Assembly (NCBI RefSeq): GCF_000385335.1
Contig: NZ_ARWA01000001.1
Coordinates: 426,081 to 450,080, forward strand
DNA from: Methyloferula stellata AR4
GTDB taxonomy: Bacteria > Pseudomonadota > Alphaproteobacteria > Rhizobiales > Beijerinckiaceae
DNA: 24,000 nucleotides
Direction: 5' to 3'
The position numbers were made by a program, and so were the translations under genes. Position 1 is the first letter of the stretch. The number at the start of each line of letters is the position of its first letter. The notes below the pieces were generated by a model that saw only the letters and a program-made list of their open reading frames with translations, was not told the origin of the DNA and did not search any database. This document shows positions 17,801 through 23,913 of this stretch, piece by piece.

Positions 17801-17942
17801 TTTCGGTTGTGGCTGCCAGCTTGTAAGGCCGGAGCGAAGACGCAAGCGCGGCACCTGCGAAGCCAAAGCCAAGAGCACCAAGACTGGTTGCAGCGAGACC
17901 GGCGCCAGTGAGCTTGATAAAGCCGCGACGACTTAGATGCAT
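14871..17942 (-). CDS. fdnG: Formate dehydrogenase alpha (Mo/W-bisPGD) subunit, periplasmic, selenocysteine-containing; one gene spanning two track ORFs
   Basis: Track ORFs 17349..17981 and 14871..17336 are joined in frame by TGA 17351..17349, giving ...VVFDNQARV-U-HGPTVASLAPTFGRGAMTN..., the canonical FdnG/FdoG Sec context. Tat signal MHLSRRGFIKLTGAGLAATSLGALGFG from ATG 17942 (RBS GGAG). N-terminal Fe-S motif CTYCSVACG and HIEGDPDHPVNRGTLCPKG. Confidence 0.93.
17309..17351 (-). promoter_or_regulatory. Sec-UGA recoding site plus bacterial SECIS-like hairpin in fdnG mRNA
   Basis: mRNA: UGA CAC G-GACCGA-CGGU-GGCCA-GUC-UGGCC-CCAACAU-UCGGUC. The outer stem is GACCGA/UCGGUC (17344..17339 with 17314..17309). 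The apical stem is GGCCA/UGGCC with loop GUC. The hairpin starts 4 nt after UGA, similar in layout to the E. coli fdhF/fdnG SECIS as I recall it. Confidence 0.7.
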
Positions 17943-18007
17943 TCCGCGCACTCCGTTCAAACCCACGCGACAGATGAACAAGGCCGCGCGGGGACGTCCG
18001 ATACGCA

Positions 18008-18036
18008 GATATAGACAAAAGCAGCGGACGTCTCAA
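18008..18036 (-). promoter_or_regulatory. Candidate sigma70-type promoter of fdnG
   Basis: On the minus strand: TTGAGA (18036..18031), a 17-nt spacer, then TATATC (18013..18008), about 65 nt upstream of ATG 17942. Sequence-only prediction. Confidence 0.3.
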
Positions 18037-18153
18037 GCCTATGCAAATAAAGTCTTATTGCGTCCAAGCTGCTGATTTTTTCAAAATGACCCGAAGAATT
18101 TCGTGAATGCGATATTGGAGAGATTATCGCTGTCCGCAAAAATGCCTGTCCCT

Positions 18154-18660
18154 TCATAAGCAATGGAGGCCCGGCATTCGTCCGCCGCTCCCATGAGTGC
18201 CTTGTGAGTTTTGTTCGGCCACCAAGGCTTCGGCCATGCTCGCGCGCCCCGGGCGAGCGGGAACATTTTTGTGATGAGGCATGCCGGCGATCGGAAGGCG
18301 GCTGTCGCTAGAGCGGAATAAGGAAAAGCGTATAGCGGTTGATGCGCGGCCGTGATGTCGTTGGAACAGCTTCGAAAATGCAGTGGCAGTCTCATAGCCC
18401 GCTCGACGTGCAATCCCCTCGTCACTTGATTCGAGTAGAAATGCAGCCTCCGTCATCCGGCGTGCGATCAAATAACGGTGCATGGACTGGCCGACGGGCT
18501 TCCAGTCAATACGGCAGCTTGGCGCGACATACCGACGTTCTATGTAATCAGAACGAAAGACAAGGTACTCGCACCCGAGGAAGCCGCGCTCGCGACGTGA
18601 CGATACGGTTCCCGGTGCCAGCGCCGGGAGCCCAAGGCTTGCTGGGAAGGCGTAAGGAAT
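18154..18660 (-). pseudogene. AraC/XylS-family HTH remnant (probably truncated or degenerate)
   Basis: The frame of track ORF 18154..18483 stays open upstream to beyond 18660. It reads ...YIERRYVAPSCRIDWKPVGQSMHRYLIARRMTEAAFLLESSDEGIARRAGYETATAFSKLFQRHHGRAS..., resembling the two HTH units of AraC-family regulators. There is no ATG/GTG/TTG in frame between 18483 and 18660. The frame then runs antisense into the hydrolase gene, so no ligand-binding domain can be encoded. Confidence 0.35.
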
Positions 18661-18696
18661 GACTCGGCCTTCCCGATGATCGAAGGAAGAAAGATT

Positions 18697-19467
18697 ATGA
18701 TGATGAACAGACGTATTTTTTCGCGCGCCATTGTTGCCGGCGCCGCCGCTTCATTGATTTCGACCCGCGGCATGGCCGCAAACCCGGCTCCGACGAAGGC
18801 GCGTAACATCGTCTTCGTGCATGGGCTATTCGCTGACGGGTCATGTTGGTCCGAGGTGATAGCGAGATTGCAGCCGCAAGGCTTCAACTGCACGTCCGTC
18901 CAAAATCCTCTGACAACGCTGCCAGAAGCAGTGGCCTCGGCCCAACGCGTACTGGCGCAGCAAAATGGCCCGACCGTGCTGGTCGGGCATTCGTTCTCGG
19001 GAATGATCGTCACCGAGGCCGGTGTGCATCCGAGCGTCTCGGCACTTGTTTATATCGCAGCGCGGGCACCGGATGCGGGCGAGGATTACACAGCCTTGGC
19101 CAAGACATATCCGACGCCGCCGGCGTCCGCTGGAATCGTCTTCGACGGCGATGAGGGGCGTCTCGGCGAGGCGGCGTTCCTGCGCGATTTCGCGGGCGAC
19201 TTGCCGGAAGCAAGGGCGAAGGTTCTCTATGCGGTCCAGCAGCCGTTTCATAAGGCTCTGTTAGCCGGCAAGACCGAGCATGCTGCCTGGCGGTCGAAGC
19301 CGAGCTTTTATGCGGTTTCGACGGAAGACCGGACGATCAACCCCGATCTCGAACGTTTCATGGCCAAGCGCATGGGCGCCACGACCATCGAAGTGAAGGC
19401 GAGCCATCTTTCGCTGATTTCCCACCCCGATGAGATCACCCAGCTGATCCTGCAAGCAGCCGGATAG
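18697..19467 (+). CDS. Secreted alpha/beta-fold hydrolase (Tat-like signal)
   Basis: Track ORF 18676..19467. AGGAAG RBS lies 7 nt before ATG 18697. Signal MMMNRRIFSRAIVAGAAASLISTRGMAA. IVFVHGLFADGSCW (oxyanion region), nucleophile elbow GHSFSG, and a late SHLSLISHP histidine motif. Confidence 0.85.
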   Translation: MMMNRRIFSRAIVAGAAASLISTRGMAANPAPTKARNIVFVHGLFADGSCWSEVIARLQPQGFNCTSVQNPLTTLPEAVASAQRVLAQQNGPTVLVGHSFSGMIVTEAGVHPSVSALVYIAARAPDAGEDYTALAKTYPTPPASAGIVFDGDEGRLGEAAFLRDFAGDLPEARAKVLYAVQQPFHKALLAGKTEHAAWRSKPSFYAVSTEDRTINPDLERFMAKRMGATTIEVKASHLSLISHPDEITQLILQAAG

Positions 19468-19692
19468 TGCGGCCGGCGAAGAGGTCGGCCATTCGGTAAG
19501 TGCCAACTGCCGCAAGTATGCAGGATTTTTGACGCGGCTTGAGTCTTGTATGGGATTATCGGCGCTTGTATTTTTGACCTACGTGCGTTTGCCGTCGCGG
19601 AAGGGGCTCATTCTGGGCTATGATCGGCGATGGCAAACAAGCCATCAGCGCCACCCCGAGTGGACGAACTCACTGATGACAAGGAGCATGTC

Positions 19693-20223
19693 ATGTCAGA
19701 ACCCGACGAAGGCCCTGGGGCCGCCCCGGTTAAGAAGTCAAAAATAAAAGAAGCCGCCCCGGTGGAAGAAAAGATCGATTCCGTTCTCCATGTGGACCGG
19801 ACGGCTGCGCCCGCCCATCCCGAATGGATGAAAACCCCGCTGCACCCTGAACTCGAACTGACCGGTCCGGCCGAATACGACCTCAAAACAAACATGGATC
19901 TCTCGTTCATCGCAGGTCAGGGAGACGGCAAGTTCACGGGCCTGGACGCCTACGAGCACCTGAAGAGCAATAATTTGCTCGACGGGTGCTTGGGAATTGC
20001 GGACGGCCTTGCCATCCAAGAGCGCGGCGTGAAGGCTTTCAGCAAGTTCTTCGAGTCCAAGGACAGCGCGGTGGTAGCCCTATGGACGGCGGTTTTTACC
20101 GACGAAGAGGGCAAGCTCTGCGTTCCGCTTGCCATTCCTGTCCTCAGCAAAGTGGCGATAACGAAGGGCGACCTCAGCGTCCTTTGGACCAAAAACCGCC
20201 CTCTGGTTCGCTTCAAAAGCTGA
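19693..20223 (+). CDS. Hypothetical protein with a disordered Lys/Glu/Pro-rich N-terminus and an unrecognised C-terminal domain
   Basis: Track ORF 19630..20223. Strong RBS AAGGAG (19681-19686) lies 6 nt before ATG 19693. The ORF is followed by a strong hairpin. I recognise no family motif. Confidence 0.55.
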   Translation: MSEPDEGPGAAPVKKSKIKEAAPVEEKIDSVLHVDRTAAPAHPEWMKTPLHPELELTGPAEYDLKTNMDLSFIAGQGDGKFTGLDAYEHLKSNNLLDGCLGIADGLAIQERGVKAFSKFFESKDSAVVALWTAVFTDEEGKLCVPLAIPVLSKVAITKGDLSVLWTKNRPLVRFKS

Positions 20224-20245
20224 ACTCCGCAGGGCCCAGCCCTTT

Positions 20246-20277
20246 CCCCGCGCTCGCCTCAAATTGGCGGCGCGGGG
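20246..20277 (+). terminator. GC-rich hairpin after the orphan gene (candidate terminator, no clear U-tract)
   Basis: CCCCGCGCTCGCC-tcaaatt-GGCGGCGCGGGG gives a 12-bp stem with one unpaired base. It is followed by ATTCATCT rather than a T-run. Confidence 0.35.
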
Positions 20278-20602
20278 ATTCATCTAGGCAACTGGTGTGC
20301 CCGGCTCCGATGAAGCGGCACGGCGGGCCGCTGCCAGGTGCGCGGAGGGATCGCACGACGCAAAAGAAATCGATGTACCGACCCGCTCAGGGAGGACTCA
20401 GTCAGCTATTCGAGTCGTTTCCGGGGGCATTCGTCGCGCAGGGTCTTGGGCGCGGAGCGAGGGGTCTTGAGCCCATCAGCCCGCGGCTGGACCAACCCCA
20501 AAATCAAATGTAATTGTTTTGATGGATTTAATGAGCAAGAGGGAACCGAATTATGTACTTATACACTTGAAAAATATTGTATTTTACAAGCATATATTTT
20601 TT

Positions 20603-20624
20603 TGTACCAACACGTGTACCAACA
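20603..20624. repeat. Tandem direct repeat TGTACCAACA(CG)TGTACCAACA inside a 29% GC tract
   Basis: TGTACCAACA at 20603-20612 and again at 20615-20624 (12-bp period), with the central palindrome ACACGTGT. A diverged copy TGTACCGAC lies at 20373-20381. Confidence 0.6.
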
Positions 20625-20810
20625 TTAAAAATTTGTAGTCGGGTTCGGGTGTTTTTCTGCCGATCTTTTTGCTCCGATCCCATCCTAAACGCAAAATCTT
20701 CGGCAGCAAACACGTTAAAGATCGCGGCACATTACGGGCGCTATATGATCGCCTATTTGCATCCGTCTGCTGTCATTCAATCCTCGCAGATGAGCGACCT
20801 CTGAGCCTTG

Positions 20811-20861
20811 TCGTCCCTTGAAGGACGAGCGCGTCCGTTTAGGACGACCGTGGGGTAGAAT
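20811..20861 (+). promoter_or_regulatory. Twin palindromes plus -10-like TAGAAT upstream of the protease gene (candidate operator/promoter)
   Basis: TCGTCC-cttgaa-GGACGA (20811-20828), then CGTCC-gttta-GGACG (20832-20846), then TAGAAT at 20856-20861. The start codon is at 20926 with RBS ACGGAGG (20912-20918). Confidence 0.3.
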
Positions 20862-20925
20862 ACAACCACACAAAATCATATGGATCTTCGTCTGCTTGCT
20901 GCTGGACATCAACGGAGGCGCCCGA

Positions 20926-21741
20926 ATGAAAGAGGTCATGACAGAAGACGAATGGAAGGCACATGCACGTCAGGCAGTCGCGCAGATGAAAAACTTTACG
21001 GCCCCGTTTGTCTCGCCTATCTCGTACGAGAAGCCGAACGATGTGCCCCGCTTGTCTGGCACTGGCTCCTTCATCGAGATATTCAGTCGGCGCTTTCTAT
21101 TGACGAACGAACATGTGCTGATCGACGATAAGACCGGCGATCCTTTCCCGGATTTAGCGTACGGTCTACGAGGAACCGACAATGTCTTTCGGATGCTGAA
21201 TGGGCAGGTCTCCGCAGGATACCCGATCGACTGCGCAATCGCTCCGATCACTGCCCAGGTGTGGGAGGCAAGCCATCAAGCGGCGACTATTCCCGAAGCG
21301 CTGATCACTTGGGCGCATGTCCCCGTCCCTCGTGAAATCCTGTTTTTCCGTGGCTATGCGCAGGAGAATTCGAGCTTCCACTTCGAGAACCTGCTTAGCG
21401 GTTCCACCTCCTATGGAACGCAGGAGATGGCGGAGTTACCAGATGGATTGAACAGCCGGTTCTTTTTCACGCTCCATCATTCGCCTGAAAAGGCTGAGAT
21501 GATCGATGGCGATCGTAGTCTGCCGCTGCCACCTGGTTTCAGTGGCTCAACTGTCTGGAACACGCGCTACGTGGAATGCCTATCTGCCGATCAGGCATGG
21601 ACACCGGCAGAGGCCCGTGTAAGCGGCATTGTCTGCCGCTGGCGCACGGGCGATACAGGAATAGTTGTCCTTCGTATTGAGTACATGCGGAGCTGGCTAC
21701 TCAACGCCCTAAACGAAATGAGTCTGAACAATCACTTTTGA
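20926..21741 (+). CDS. Cytoplasmic chymotrypsin-fold (trypsin-like, PF13365-type) serine protease
   Basis: Track ORF 20818..21741. I start it at ATG 20926, with RBS ACGGAGG 7 nt upstream. The His-Asp-Ser triad motifs occur in canonical order: GSFIEIFSRRFLLTNEHVL (His codon 21112-21114), YPIDCAIAPI (Asp), PPGFSGSTVWN (Ser codon 21541-21543). No signal peptide or TM helix. Sampled GC is about 48-50%. Confidence 0.75.
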   Translation: MKEVMTEDEWKAHARQAVAQMKNFTAPFVSPISYEKPNDVPRLSGTGSFIEIFSRRFLLTNEHVLIDDKTGDPFPDLAYGLRGTDNVFRMLNGQVSAGYPIDCAIAPITAQVWEASHQAATIPEALITWAHVPVPREILFFRGYAQENSSFHFENLLSGSTSYGTQEMAELPDGLNSRFFFTLHHSPEKAEMIDGDRSLPLPPGFSGSTVWNTRYVECLSADQAWTPAEARVSGIVCRWRTGDTGIVVLRIEYMRSWLLNALNEMSLNNHF

Positions 21742-21924
21742 CGATTTGCACTGCTGCGCACTTCGCAAGCTAAAAGGCAGACGTCGTTACCCACGAATGG
21801 CGTCCGTTCCATCGTCGTGAGCGGGCCATGTTCGCCGTCGTGGGATGGCTGAACCCGATTGCAAAAAGGGACAAGACCACCGTCCCCGCTGGCGAGTCGG
21901 CAGTCGCTGTGCGATGATGAGCCT

Positions 21925-23370
21925 ATGGACGACCCCCAGATAACCGAGATCTCGTTCACCCGCTTCAACGCTTTGGGCGGATATGCCCGCGCGCCAGGCT
22001 CGTGGCTGGTGTTCGACGAGTTGGCGTTTTTCGAAGCCGCTGGTGGCGACGTGATCGGTATCGCGACGAGGGATATCGCGGACCGGGACTTTGGGGGCAT
22101 CGTGATGGCACGGGACCGGAAGCTGCGGTTCCGTGCCGTGAACGTGACGGAATTCCACCCGACGCCCGAAGGGGGCAAGGAATCTCTGTTCGTAGGAATG
22201 CGGGAAGCCGCCTGCGCGCGGGCCGAGGATCACTACCAGGGTGACGAGGACGGACAGCCGGTCGACTTCTTCGCCCACCTGCACAACGCAGGGCGGCTCA
22301 ACCCTTCGTTCGTGCGGCTCACCAACGACGAGGGCTATTCGCCGGCGCGCGGAATCATCGAGTCACTGATGCGATGGCACGAAGATGCCGACGGCAACTT
22401 CGTCGAGCAGTTCCAGACGACCGGCTTCGATCAACGCATCTGGGAGCTGTACCTGTTCGCTATGCTAATCGAAGCCGGCTACGTTTTGGACCGCAGTCAC
22501 AACACGCCAGACTTCTGCTGCGACGGGATGCTCGGCTCGCTTTTCGTCGAAGCCGTGACCGTGGGACCGACGCTGAAGAACGGGAAGCTCGTTCCGGCGC
22601 CGCCTACGGAAACGCCGGAAGAGATCGATCTGTTCATGAAGCAATACATGCCGATCAAGTTTGGTAGCCCGCTTTATTCGAAGCTCAAGAAGAAGTATTG
22701 GGAACAAGAGCACGTCGCTGGGGCGCCGTTCGTCCTCGCTGTCGCCGATTTTTCCGCTCCCATGTCGATGGTGCGTTCGGCATCCGCCCTCACACGATAC
22801 CTGTTCGGCTATGAACAAGTTGCGAAAACCGACGCGCACGGCAACCTGACGATGCTGCCCCAACGGATCGACGAGCACAAGTGGGAGGACAAGACGATCC
22901 CCTCTGGCTTCTTCAGGCTACCGGGCGCGGAGAACGTCAGCGCGGTTATATCTACCACTGCGGGCACCATCGCGAAGTTCAATCGGCTGGGCGTCCTCGG
23001 CAAGTTCGGGTCCAAGCGCGTCTTGGTCATTCGCAAAGGGATGATGGTCGACCATAACCCGAATGCGACGCATCCGAAGCTCTTCAAGGTGATCGTGAAC
23101 TCGACCGGCTACGATGAGGACTGGATCGAGGGTCTTAATGTTTATCACAACCCCATTGCCAAAATCCCCCTGCCGATGGAGATGCTGCCGGGAGCCGCGC
23201 ACCATCACTGCGATGAATTTGGCCGGGTTACCAGCCACACACCCGAATTTCACCCGATCGCCTCGATGACCGAGCAGCACGTTCCGGTCGACGTCGATCA
23301 ATTGTTGGCTGAAGTCGGCGACAAAACACATGCGGTCTGGACCCTGAAGGCAGATGACGTGGGCGCCTGA
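21925..23370 (+). CDS. Hypothetical 481-aa protein with a central PD-(D/E)xK-like (restriction-endonuclease-fold) motif set
   Basis: Track ORF 21859..23370 (TTG). ATG 21925 is the next possible start, and neither has a strong RBS. The central region reads FDQRIWELYLFAMLIEAGYVLDRSHNTPDFCCDGMLGSLFVEAVTV. That is a helix with Glu, a strand, P-D (Asp codon 22510-22512), a 12-aa gap, then hydrophobic-E-x-V (Glu codon 22549-22551; the canonical Lys is Val). I recognise neither the flanking N-terminal (about 170 aa) nor C-terminal (about 230 aa) region. No P-loop. Confidence 0.6.
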   Translation: MDDPQITEISFTRFNALGGYARAPGSWLVFDELAFFEAAGGDVIGIATRDIADRDFGGIVMARDRKLRFRAVNVTEFHPTPEGGKESLFVGMREAACARAEDHYQGDEDGQPVDFFAHLHNAGRLNPSFVRLTNDEGYSPARGIIESLMRWHEDADGNFVEQFQTTGFDQRIWELYLFAMLIEAGYVLDRSHNTPDFCCDGMLGSLFVEAVTVGPTLKNGKLVPAPPTETPEEIDLFMKQYMPIKFGSPLYSKLKKKYWEQEHVAGAPFVLAVADFSAPMSMVRSASALTRYLFGYEQVAKTDAHGNLTMLPQRIDEHKWEDKTIPSGFFRLPGAENVSAVISTTAGTIAKFNRLGVLGKFGSKRVLVIRKGMMVDHNPNATHPKLFKVIVNSTGYDEDWIEGLNVYHNPIAKIPLPMEMLPGAAHHHCDEFGRVTSHTPEFHPIASMTEQHVPVDVDQLLAEVGDKTHAVWTLKADDVGA

Positions 23371-23716
23371 CGAAGTCGCAGGAGGCGGCTTTTAGCTAAC
23401 AGCTAGACGATGATCTTCAGTGGCCAAGCTGGCGTGGACCCCTGGATGCGGGGTTCACCTCAGCCTACCTCCTTGCAAACAGCTTTCTGCTTGATCCGAG
23501 TGCTGTCGCATCAGCAATGAATCACGATGCCTAGAGGCCACTGGGCTTTATGGTGACGCAGAGATTTCAACAAACACTCTGCGCTCTCCACCGAAGAAGA
23601 GCCGTCAACCAACACCCCGCAAACGCTTGGCAAGTCGCGTTCGGTCGCCTGAAGTCTCTTCATGTCGCCGCCTATATCCCTGCGCCGTCAATCAGGCGGC
23701 GCAGGAGTAAAGAAGA

Positions 23717-23913
23717 ATGCCTCAAATCCAAGAACCACATCCTCAAGGCGCAATGTCGGTTGACCGCTTTGCCCGCTGGGCCGGCATCGGCCGCACCTTG
23801 GCATGGGAGCAAATCCGCCAGCCGTCAAGGCTGGCCACCGGACCCTTGTCACGGTCGAGGAAGCCTCTCGCTGGCTGGCATCACGCCCTCTTCGGGAGGC
23901 TGCCAATGTCTAA
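23717..23913 (+). pseudogene. AlpA/excisionase-type HTH (HTH_17-like) gene, apparently interrupted by a 1-nt frameshift near 23816-23824
   Basis: AGGAG (23703-23707) lies 9 nt before ATG 23717. Frame 1 reads MPQIQEPHPQGAMSVDRFARWAGIGRTLAWEQIRQ, then degenerates. The +2 frame continues VKAGHRTLVTVEEASRWLASRPLREAANV* (stop 23911-23913). Joined together, this is the typical phage/ICE excisionase-like pattern (...kaG.rtlv..eea..wl). Confidence 0.45.

Noticed and set aside
14871-17981. fdnG appears in the ORF track as two ORFs (17349..17981 and 14871..17336), which could be read as a nonsense-disrupted pseudogene.
   Set aside because: The interrupting codon is TGA in the canonical ARV-U-HGPTV selenocysteine context, with a downstream SECIS-like hairpin. 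selA, selB, selC and selD are present nearby. It is one intact selenoprotein gene.
18072-18084. FNR/FixK-like box upstream of fdnG (TTGA-aaaaa-TCAG on the minus strand).
   Set aside because: The spacer is 5 nt rather than the 6 nt of TTGA-N6-TCAA, and one half-site is imperfect. This is not enough to call an anaerobox.
20522-20638. 38-codon ORF in the AT-rich tract (MDLMSKREPNYVLIHLKNIVFYKHIFFCTNTCTNIKNL) whose Cys/Thr-rich end looked RiPP-precursor-like.
   Set aside because: There is no Shine-Dalgarno sequence. The CTNTCTN string is just the translation of the DNA tandem repeat. Other frames are also open across the tract, and no modification enzymes are adjacent.
23511-23663. 50-aa minus-strand ORF (MKRLQATERDL...GIVIHC) divergent from the HTH gene, considered as a Cro/CI-like partner.
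   Set aside because: Weak RBS, no HTH pattern, and a composition consistent with chance.
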